A DNA stretch of 64,000 nucleotides from Convolutriloba macropyga (Eukaryota). The first letter of the stretch is position 1. Each line of letters opens with the position of its first letter. Shown in pieces: positions 27,201-37,849 of this stretch. The DNA is taken from the NCBI RefSeq assembly GCF_964194025.1, contig NC_134473.1, positions 21,824,001 through 21,888,000 on the forward strand, in the 5' to 3' direction. The notes beneath the pieces are model-generated. The model worked only from the letters and a program-made list of their open reading frames with translations. It was not told the DNA's origin and made no database searches. The translations under genes and the position numbers were made by a program.

Positions 27201-29667
27201 GTTGAGATCGTTCTGTTTATTCTGTTTTTAACAGAACATGAGATCAATTTACCCCAAAAAACTTCTTTCATAGTAACTGGGTATGACTTCAGGTTAGTTA
27301 AGGGCAATTTACTGCATTCGGCTCATTTAAAATCATTTCAGATTTCAGCGCTTTCTAACGTCGGCACTTTATAAGGTCAGCTCTTTTGCATGCAATTACA
27401 AAAAAAGGAGTTTTTTTTAGACTAATGCAGCGATATTTGTTCTGCCACCGACCACTAGGTTACACACAAATGAATTTTCAAAAATCAGAACAATAGCACA
27501 GTTTGGTTCATAGATTAAGCTCAAGTAACCCTTCGGTATGGTTTTTAGTTTAACTTCAACCAGCCGTTGGTTGTTTTCATTTGCTATAAATAAACTGGAG
27601 CTGCGTCATGCTCAAACGCGCGCGCTTTTTTGTAGTAATTTAGTTTTTGATATTTTTTGTCAGGTTGTAATTGACTTTCAAATTTCAACACAAAAATTTT
27701 CAAGAAAAGGGAATTTTACTCAGGGTTTTTTTCTTCATTTTTTGTGTAAGTGGCTTTATGTGATTTTGAGAGCTAAATTGATAGAAACCGGGATATTTTT
27801 TTATTTTCTGCTTACTTGATAAATTTATCTATCTAAAATATGTGAAAGTGAATTACATCTGATTCATTTAATATCTCTCTGTTTGCTTTAGTGTTCATTC
27901 TAGTAAAATGAAGAAAACAGATCTCACTTTTAAAGAAGGCTTTTTTGTGTACACTTATATTTTTTTCTAGGAATAAATCACAATTAAATAAAATAAGATG
28001 AAGTTCAGATTTTAAATGTTCCACTGATTGTCTATTAGTGCTGAATAGCAGCTGATCTCCGAAGAAGGCTGCGGGCAACTAATAATTTTGTCTTCTTTGA
28101 CACTGTGTTTTAATTAAAATTTGGTAAAATTTGTTTATTTTTTGTTCATATATTTCAATTTTACTAAAATGAGAGGTTTCTGTGACATTCTAATGAGGTA
28201 TGATAATGCTACAAAGTGCTGCAATGGCATTCCATACTTAAAAAGTATTTGTTTTGGAAAAAGTTTGGAGTTTTGTCTTATGGTGTTGTTTTTTGTAGGG
28301 TTGTTCCAGTCTGAATAAAGAAAGATATCATTTGTTGCAGAAAAAAATACAAGAATCTCATATTGGCCTGACTTGAAAACTGACAAATTAAAAAACACAT
28401 AAATGAATTTTCAGTTCTCGGGGTTTTTCTTGATACTTTTTGTTATTTTGGCGTTCAATCTAAATTATTTCTGAATGATCCTTGAGAAAATATGAACCTT
28501 TAATTTTCATTCAATTGGCTTCTATTCATCGATGTTAATATGACACTTTTTACTTTTGTAAATATTTGGAGTCTTTTTAAGTTTAATTTATCATTTGTCT
28601 TTTCAATTTCGTTTTATTTGCTACATTAGTCTTTTTTTAAATTGAACTTATCGATTTTTTACGACTGCTGATGAGTCCAATTTTCTCAGGAGGCATAAGT
28701 GAAAATTCTGAATGTGTTCATTCGACTTACTAACATCTTTTCCAAAATCTGCTCCTTGGATTTTCTGGAATTTACTCTGAAATTGCTTTTAGTTAGCACC
28801 AATATTTCCAAAAAATGAATTTTTTTCAATAATTTTTCTGTTGTCATTTCAACATATACTTGATTATATGAATTTATAACTAAATTGATAGAAAACCTTG
28901 TGATAAGTTCCAAGGGCAAATATGAATTACTTCACTTTGGATTTGATTTGGTTTGGTATTCTCAATTTAGATTTCTAAGTTAGTGTTGAGTTGAGTTAAC
29001 TTTTAAAATTTTGAGCTCATTTTGCACTCATTTTGATTTGTTTTTTGTGTAAAAATTGTTGTTTGCTTGAAATATTTGTTTTTTTTTCTGGTATGAACTT
29101 TATTTACTTGGACATCTGTCCTTTTATAAGAATCTATCAAAGTTAAATTAACAAAAAATGAACCACATTTTAAAAAGCAGTCCATCTCTGCAGACAATTT
29201 AGATATTATTTTTGATGAGTGGGAAAAGAGCTTTATGTACCATCTGTTTTATGACGTATAATCCTTTGTGCTTCTTAAACTGCAGCTAAAGTTCACATCA
29301 ACAACCCGGGCCGAGGTGTCCATCCGTACTCCACAGTTATTAAGCGAGAATAAGGGTACGAAGCAATTTTCACTCCTAAGTAGCAGGAAAAAGAGTGTGA
29401 GAGTGATTTTGAAGAAATTACGCATTTTAAAACTCTTTGCACTCTTTACTCCTCTCTTATTACACCCTTAACAATTCCTTATGATTACACTCTTTAGTCC
29501 AATTTTTAGCAGGGAAATTGCCAAGCCTCTTTGAGGCAAATTTGTCTCAAGTTTTCTCTCCATGTGACAAATGTTCTGAGTTCAGGCCAAGCTAACCCTC
29601 ATCTGCTATATTCCAGGCAGATCGTAATGCCTGAAGCTTGTTTTTTTTGTAAAAATTCAATCAGTAC

Positions 29668-29782
29668 CTGATATTTTGATCATGCCAGGACGACATTGAG
29701 TAGGATCCAAGTCAACGCCCGCCTGTGCTCGTATCTTAACAAGTAGCAGTGAGCCCAGTAAGTACAGCAACGGTGACATCAT
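29668..29782 (-). CDS. C-type lectin domain protein, exon 1 (signal peptide): MMSPLLYLLGSLLLVKIRAQAGVDLDPTQCRPGMIKIS
   Basis: ATG followed by a hydrophobic signal ending A-Q-A. CRPG corresponds to the long-form CTLD C-P-x-G motif. Donor CAG|gtactg, phase 1, joins exon 2 in frame. The four exons total 693 nt. Confidence 0.85.
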
Positions 29783-29808
29783 TCTGCAAAAACTTGCGCT
29801 GTGTCAGC

Positions 29809-29816
29809 TTTATATA
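29809..29816 (-). promoter_or_regulatory. Candidate TATA box of the lectin gene
   Basis: TATATAAA on the - strand ~27 nt upstream of the ATG. The implied 5' UTR is very short, and ttttgcag|AATG could instead be a splice acceptor. Confidence 0.35.
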
Positions 29817-31039
29817 TCTAAAAATGTGAATAGGGATATGTTTAAGTATAAATGTAATAATTGTTTTTTTTTATGTTTCTTTAATTGCGTTTGTCGGTAA
29901 AGTATATCAACGGTGCAATTTGTTCAACCCCATTTGGGTGTTCTTTCAAATATTTCTGATACTATTTTTCACTTCGAGTGGACTGCAAAAAAGAATATAG
30001 CTTTTGCAGTTCGAAGTCATTTTTCAGATTAAAAGCATTTATTTTAATATTTATGCTGTTCTTTAATGTTCTTCTACAAAATTGGTTTCAATACGGTATC
30101 TCAAATTAAAATGATCTGTTGCGCTTATATGATAATATTTTTTGCAGAGAAAAAGCAAAAGCTGTCAAAAGTATTTAAAAAAAAAACAGATCCATTACTC
30201 ACAATTTTTCAACAAAATATAGCGGCAGCAGTTCTGAAGCAGCAAAAAGACAATTTTACAAAGCTGGTAGGAGGTCTGTGGAGGCTGCCTTCTGGTTTCT
30301 CAAATTTAACATCAAAATAATTTTGACTTTTAATCTAAATTAATTCTGTGAATTCTGAAAACAGACTGTCATCTGTTAATCACAACTTATTCACATGTCA
30401 TCTTGAAATTTAATTCCACAAAGCCTCTTAAGAACGCAAATTAAAATTCGGTTTCTTTTCAAAGTGGCGAAAATCATCAAAACCAATTTCAAAAACTTCT
30501 GTTGCGAATTCTGTTCGCTAAATTGAACTGGTATCATAAAGCATCAAAAGGCGCCTTTGCTTGTAAACCAGACGTTCAGCGGTTGAATTTTTCATTATCC
30601 AGTCGTAGTAATTGTTCAGAGTTTTTGTTCAACCCAGACTAAGGTACAATAGACCAGCTGAGTTCACTTCGGTCAAAGAAAACAAGTCGCTTCTGAAGAT
30701 TTCTGAACAGAATCGATGAGCATTCATTCGGCAAATATTTTTTGTTTGTTTGTAACCTCAAAAAGATCGAAATAAAAGAAACCAAGGCTTCAAATAAAAA
30801 TTAAACAACAAATATAGAAGCAACACCAGCCGAGGGTTGACTTCAAAAAGTTTGAAGCGCAAAGAAGATGCAACGCGCTATCCGCTTAGCAAGCAGAGAG
30901 ATCAAAAGTTTGAAAATTTGTAGTAGTGGGCCAATGAGTATTACAAGAGTCATATTTCTTCGACCAATTTTAGGTATAAAAAGAACCTGTGCCACAGATA
31001 TTGCTTATTAGAAGATATTTCCTCAAGTTTGTTAGCTGT

Positions 31040-32200
31040 CCTTAACCTTGGTTTGACAATAAATGACAAGATATGCTTTGGCAGGATCTGAAATTTTCAC
31101 TGGAAATAGACTCGAGCACAAAATGAGAAAAATGGTTTGGCAAAAACGCAAGATTCATTTTAAAGTCGTCTCTTACTAATAGGAAACAGTGTGTTAGAAA
31201 CGGAATAGTTGAATCCGACTGGACAGTAAAAAAAAATCTACGTGTTCCATAAGGTACTGTACCAGGAGCACTAATATTCATCCTTTATGTAAATGATTTC
31301 GGTGAGGAAACAGGAAAAAAAAGTTTTATGATTTGCAGCAATTCTATATTACGAAAAACTGTACAGTATTTAAAAGCAAAGGCTGAAAAATATTTATAGA
31401 AGCAGAACAAAATATGAAACAAGTGAACTCTAAATAAAAGAACAACAGAAATAAAGTTTTCAAAAACGAAAAGTTGCCAACTGTCAATTGCGTGGAATTT
31501 AAAATTAGTTTATTGAAATCAACAGATGAATGAAAATATCTAGAAGTTATTCTTAATAGAGAGTTGACTTACCAAAAACAGCTCGATAAAATTATCAGCA
31601 AAATAGCACTCGCCATCACATCATTTTTTTGTTACGCAATCAAATACTATTTAGGGCTCGAATAAATCTCTTTAAATCACCTGTTATGTCACATTTAGAC
31701 TTCAGTGCTATTTTTTCCCCAAAGTTTGCCATCCTACTCATTTGATACACTAAAAAAATAAATTAGATGGGGTATAAAAGTCTGCCCTTTTTGAATCAAA
31801 TAGGACTCTGCTCATAAATTACTTCTTGAAAATAAAATTCTTACTGCAAAACTTCAAATACTCACTAAACAGAACTTCAATTACGAACTACAAACAGAAC
31901 TTCAATTACTTCAAAACCTCATTAAATAGGTTTGTCAACATTGTCCAACAAAAAAAAACTCCAGACCAAAAAAAATTCAAAATAATCGTAGATGTTGAAA
32001 TTAATGTAAATTATGGTACATATGATTTTTCTCTTACGACACATTCTAAATCAAAATGGAGTCAAATTTCAATGATACGAAATGTCGATCGTAAATGGAA
32101 TAATCTTCCAAGATTTCTAACAAAGGAAAAATCGGAGAAAAAATTTAGAAGAGGAGGTTCAAATAAGACATGGACGAGTTCCAAGGGACAAAAAAATTGA
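31040..32200 (+). mobile_element. Non-LTR retrotransposon (CR1/L2-like) reverse transcriptase remnant
   Basis: Translates across lesions as LTNRKQCVRNG..SDW..VP*GTVPGALIFILYVNDF (GVPQGSVLGPLLF.YVND motif, ~31170-31300), then KYLEVILNRELTYQKQLDKIISK and KWNNLP. Confidence 0.75.
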
Positions 32201-34052
32201 AAGCATTAAAATTCTATTATTTTTTAAAAAATAAGTTACGAAAACCCGATGCTGAGCTTTAGTTTTTATTCAAAGGAAAGGTATAGTTTGTTTGTTTTAT
32301 AACATTAGAACATGTAACTTTAACCTTGTGGCTTTTCGTATTTTTGTGTTTAAGATTTGAAAAAAAATGGACTTTAGCTTGTGACTCCCGAGGCTACTCC
32401 TTATCAATAGACTCCCAAAATATGATGTGTACAACTCTAGTGGATCAGTAGCTAAGCATGAAGGATAGAATTGCGTAGGCTGTGGGCTTCAATTAAAGCC
32501 TTCAAGTATTTATTTTAAAAACATTTTTGCCTCTGAAAGGATTTTGGCTCGACTTATAAATTGAGTTTAGCTGGTTTTTGCTAGTGCCTTTGAGCATGTG
32601 ACTGATGTCAATTCATGATGAGGTACGTCAGAAGACTATTTTCTGTATCATTATCAAGATATCTTGTAACTTCAAAGCTTAAGAAGTCAGCGGCCATGGT
32701 TTTCAAAAGATGAATGCCGAGAAAACATTTGATATTGTGTTTATATGGCTAATTTTTTTATTAATTAAAGTCACATTGAAAAACAGGCGCAGTGTTTTTG
32801 TTACTGATCACTTAAATCCTATATGTTTATTTCAAAAGGTGAGCGATCACTCCTAAGAGCTACATAATCAGATATTCAACCTTTTCTCTTTACTCTGTGG
32901 CCAAAATAAAATGTTCAGCTATAATGTATACGAATAAATATCCAGGTGAATTGAACTTGCATTCTCTGTACATTCCAAATTCCTGAAGAAGTCATCTGTG
33001 ACCTTGGATTGACAATTCTGTCATAAAAAGCGGCAAACTAAGACGTTAATGAAATATTTCATTACACGTGTAGAACTGGATAAGAGAGACGTACAAAAAA
33101 AACCAAGTAGCAACTCTAAAATCAAAAACAAACAAAAATTTTGAAAACCAAACTAACCAAGAATACAATCCGGTATTACTTTACTCACTTTCAATCAATT
33201 GCATTTTCAGCGATATTTAATTCAATACACATTAGAGGAGGAAGAGGAGGAGGAGGAAATTTTATGCCATTTTTATTAAGTGTTTTATTAGATGCCATGC
33301 TTGTTCAGTTATTTTTGGCTAACAAATATTTTGTTGCAGCCGCCCTGATATTGAAAACCTTGCTTAAGAATTAGCAAACTTCTTGCATTTTTCGCAAAAT
33401 TTTTGCAAGATTGGAATCCAGATTTTTACCTACTGTTACTAGAAGGGTGTTAGTCAAATTTAAAAGAGAATATTAAGCATCGATTAGCTCATTTCTACAG
33501 AAAAATTCTCCCAAGTCATTCTAATAACTTTTAGGTTTTTTCCACCTTTTTTTATTCCGGCATTTTCCGACTTTTTTAACATGGGCTGAAGATATAAATA
33601 CCTCTAAGCATCTAGAACAAAATGACTGCAGAACAATTAGATCAAAAAACCAAACAAAAATCAAAAGAAAATGTACAAACTTCTCTGAACAGAAACCCTT
33701 TTAAAAACTATTTTTTCAATTCTAATGGAAGTCATAAAGCAATGCAGTTCATACAATTAATAAAAATGAAAAAGCGTCGGAAGAAAACCAAAAAACTATT
33801 AAAAAAATATCTCAGATACGCCATTACGGAAGAAAAAATAAAAATAAAAACAACAGAACATCTTTGATAGAACTGAAGTTTTTAACGAAAAACAGTTCTT
33901 CTAGGGCAGTTAATCTAATGATCTAATGGAGCCTGTAGCTTTTTCTGGAGCAGGAATCGATTGCTAAAAATAACTAACATATTGAACTTCAGGAGGTAAG
34001 AAGGCGAAGATATAGAGGCTGATGAAAAAGCCCCAAGGCTTAAAAATGATGC

Positions 34053-34056
<4 letters not shown>

Positions 34057-34099
<43 letters not shown>
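34057..34099. repeat. (TA)n microsatellite
   Basis: About 21 uninterrupted TA units. Confidence 0.95.
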
Positions 34100-34101
<2 letters not shown>

Positions 34102-36364
34102 TATTAATCCTGAAATGGTTTTGTTATCACAGCACTTATTGGACCTTGAATTTGAATTTTATAGAAAATATACCCGGAAAAACGATACTTTCGCATTTGA
34201 GAAATTTTTTGAGTTTTGAGAGAAACGTTTTGTGTTTTGTACAAACCAAATTATCAGAGAGCTTTTAATTATCTGAAATTCAATTTTTTGAAAGCTCGGA
34301 GAAAAAAAATACATTGCTCAAGTTGCTCAAGTGAGGACTGAAATCATAAAAAAAATTACAAAAAGTAAACAAAACATTTTTATTGCGTACTTTATATTTG
34401 CTATTTAGGACCACTTAAAGATTTTGATACCTGATTCCTGATCTTTGCAACACCTATGTACGACTGTCAATTTTATGAAGTGTTTCTGAAGCAGCTTTAT
34501 TTGGCTTTCTGCACCTAATCTTCCACACTAGTGCGTAAAAAGATCTCAAAGAAGATACAAAAAATCTAGCACTTGGAGAATTACATACTTTAAGTCCTAT
34601 CAAGTTAAAAACTGCGCGTTTTATGATCAAAATTATAGTCACTCAATTAATTGTTAAACAAAATAACTGTCTAATTATAGGAAACGCCATTAAAATTAAT
34701 TGTGAACTGAAGGATACTTAACACTTATGAACTCAAAGCGGATTACTTGATTTTTTCGGGAAAAGTATCTCTCAAAACCACAAACCATTTCTTTGCGATC
34801 TTTGTTAATCCCATTTTGATATGACAGATCAAAAATTTAAAAAAAGACTCCTATTTCTGTGACATTTTCCAATGCCTGTGTTATTTTTTCTGATCACCTT
34901 CTAGTGAACAATTTAATTTGCACTGAAAATGTCTTTTGCTCGTACTTTTTTCTGGCTTTGGTTAATAACTGCTTTTGATCGCAGGGTGTTATGATGTTGA
35001 TGGTTGAGAAGCGTAAATTTCTCAACGGTAGTCTTTTTTCAATTTCCAGTGTCAGAACTTGATGAGACAACGCAGAGAGCCTGATCAGAACTTGATTAGC
35101 CTACTTTAGTTGCCCTCACAACTCTCCTAATTCCTTCTACAGGTGTCTCCAGTTCAATATTTTGTCTGTTTAGATTAAATATTTTATTTGAAAACTGTTT
35201 TTTTGCAAATTTTTTTTGAGTACAGACAGGTAGTTTGTCAGATGTCAATTAAGCTTAAAGAGTTTTAAAGTATCGAAAAGAGCAATTGCATTTGGATGGA
35301 GCACAAATCTGCCTATTTAATGCCATTTAATTGGTTGAAAACAACCGTTAGGCTAACAATTGAACTTCTTTAGTGACGAACAAACTTTAAAAGGAACAAG
35401 GACTTCAAAAAAGGCATAAACGGTTAGAAGTGGAAGAAAACTATTTAAATTTTTATATTTACAAACATGACCAAGAAAAAATTATCAGTATGGTTATAAT
35501 GAATTCTTCAGCAATCAGCCATAGAAATCAGGTCAGTAACATTTGCGTACCATACAAAAATGACAAAGTAATTTAATAATTTTTCATTTTTCTTACCTCT
35601 TAATGTTTTTAATGCTTTTTACGTATTAATGAATCCTAATAATATCTGGTAATCTATATTAAAAGTTTGTTGGAATTATGAATGTTTCCCGGGATGAGCA
35701 CCCACAACATTGCAATACTGAACAATTAAAAATCCAGAGACTGTATATAGACTTTTTGCACTTGTACAGATTATGTTCATATCACAATCTATAATGATCA
35801 GTCTTTTTAGAGTAAAATTGTACTTCTGATTTTGTCCTGATTTTGATCTGTTCATAACTATTATCATTCAATTATCAGCCTAATTAACATTATCGTTTAA
35901 CTCTTGTCAGCATAAAACCATTCTGTTTTAAACCTGTTTCAGTTCTGATAGTGCATCACACCACAGGCATATTGACACCATACTGCATCACACCACAACC
36001 ATATTCACACCATGCTATAATTGTTGAGCACCTTAAGTGTTGTTTGCAATCATCAAAAGAAAGCTCAGTTGCTTCTCTTCTCCTCATTTTTTCTTCTCTG
36101 ACGTATTTTGAAGTATAACCCCAGGTTTAATTCATTTTTAAAACTTTATATACATAATAAGGATGAGATGAAAAAAAGCTTATTCGAATTTTATTTTTCA
36201 AACAAAAAGCTTCATTTCTCATAATGCCACACTGATTGCGACATAAAGTCGCGATCTTTTTCCAGTGACTAGTGCAATATTACTAGTCTTTACCCACCCC
36301 TAACGCAATTTGAAACTCCCGACTTATTACAAACGAGTGTCGAAACAAATTAAGTCCTTAGAGT

Positions 36365-36375
36365 ACGCATGCGCA
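36365..36375. promoter_or_regulatory. NRF1/Ewg-like palindromic site upstream of the CA-like gene
   Basis: ACGCATGCGCA ~105 nt upstream of ATG 36480, close to the YGCGCATGCGCR consensus. Confidence 0.35.
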
Positions 36376-36479
36376 AATTCGGCCAGGCTTCTAAGACAAC
36401 TAATGAAACCTAACGCCCGATCTCCGGTTGCAAAGATAGATTACTTGTGTTTCAGCTCTCCGTAAAATAAAAATAAGAA

Positions 36480-36647
36480 ATGGGCGGTGGATTGACAGTA
36501 GACAAGTCATGGGATCACAAGGGTGTGTACAATTGGCCTGCTCAGTACCCCCTCTCATGTTCTGGAAAACGACAGTCCCCAGTGGACATACTCACAGCTG
36601 AGGCTAAGAAGAAAAAGACTGACTCAATTGCACAAACACCCGTCAAG
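36480..36647 (+). CDS. Alpha-carbonic anhydrase-like protein, exon 1
   Basis: MGGGLTVDKSWDH..NWPAQYP..CSGKRQSPVDI (W..W..G.RQSPVDI motif); donor AAG|gtaagt, phase 0; no signal peptide. Confidence 0.92.
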
Positions 36648-36952
36648 GTAAGTTGCCCCGCGTCAAGTTAAGCACCCGAACCCCTCCCCAATTAATTTTA
36701 CCAGCACCTCGCCCCGGTAGAGTTTCATCATCTATAGCGAATTTTACGCTTTGCATTGGTGTTTGTTAATTGTATTGACGGTCCTACATCTTATTTGGCT
36801 ATAACAAATTCAGTGAAAAACAATTCTTAGTTTGTTCACACAGACTAATTTTGAAAAAGATTGTTCTCGTGGGAACTCGCAACTGGTTGAGAGATTTACG
36901 TTGTTTAGTGCATTTTCTCTGTTACTTCACATCTTTCTGTTGTATTGAACAG

Positions 36953-37133
36953 ACGCCTTCTCTGAAATTGGACTTGTTGACTGGATCCAAAGACATAGAG
37001 TGGAATCTGGTCAACAACGGGCACACTTTCCTTGCCTCTCCACCCGATGGTGTTGTTTGGGAGATATCCGGAGGTTTACTGGAAGCACCCTACCATCTGA
37101 AGAGTATGCATGCCCACTGGGGCACAGGCAAAG
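36953..37133 (+). CDS. Alpha-carbonic anhydrase-like protein, exon 2
   Basis: Acceptor aacag|ACG; LVNNGHT (His64 equivalent), ISGGLL..PY, MHAHWG (His94/His96 equivalents); donor AAG|gtcagt, phase 1. Confidence 0.93.
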
Positions 37134-37384
37134 GTCAGTTGTTTACATCTCTTCTCTTGTTCAGTTGGCCGAACAATGGGAAAACATAACGTAGATAGCA
37201 TGTGCAAATAGAGTGACGGTTGAAAAAAAAACAAAAGCAAAACAGTAGAGGGCATCTTACTGTTAAACTCACGGAGAAACTTTTTTCCAAACATGTAAAT
37301 TAATAATATAACCGAAAGGTTAAAAAGTTTACATGCCTTCAGAATAACCAGGAATTTCGCTGTATACACTTAGTTACTCAAATT

Positions 37385-37672
37385 TTATTTCAAAGTTTTT
37401 GTAAGGGGGTGCTTCTCTCTACGTTTTTCCCCAATTACGCAAATTTACAAATCGCTGCAAAATGATCCCTCATCACAATCGGAGTCTTCCATGCATCCGA
37501 ACTGTCGCCTGATTGAAGCTCCTCGACGTCTGACGCAAATCTTCCTGGGGTTGCAAGACTTCCCGGGCTTACAATCTTTATCTGTCATACAACCTGTCTT
37601 CCCTGTTGCTTCTATAGAGGTCAGAAGGACAATGGTCATGCATATAATTCCAACTGCGAATTTTGAAACCAT
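37385..37672 (-). CDS. Nested antisense secreted Cys-rich peptide precursor (two C-x5-C-x5-C-x5-C modules; in-frame TAA at 37447-37445, possibly a pseudogene)
   Basis: Signal peptide MVSKFAVGIICMTIVLLTSIEA; module 1 GCMTDKDCKPGKSCNPRKICV; RRR/RR linker; module 2 GCMEDSDCDEGSFCSDL*ICV; then KRR..., and a final TAA overlapping AATAAA at 37389-37384. Confidence 0.8.
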
Positions 37673-37849
37673 TTTCAGTTCTTGATTTGAAGAAACGACA
37701 ACGTCATCGTGTTAAGTTTAACTTTCTCACAATGTTCACTTTAGCGAATTAATCATGTTTGACAGGCTTCAGAATTAACTTTGACCCTAAATGTGAGTGT
37801 AAACTATGACTATTAAGAAGCTAATAACTACGTAAAACGAGAACACAAC

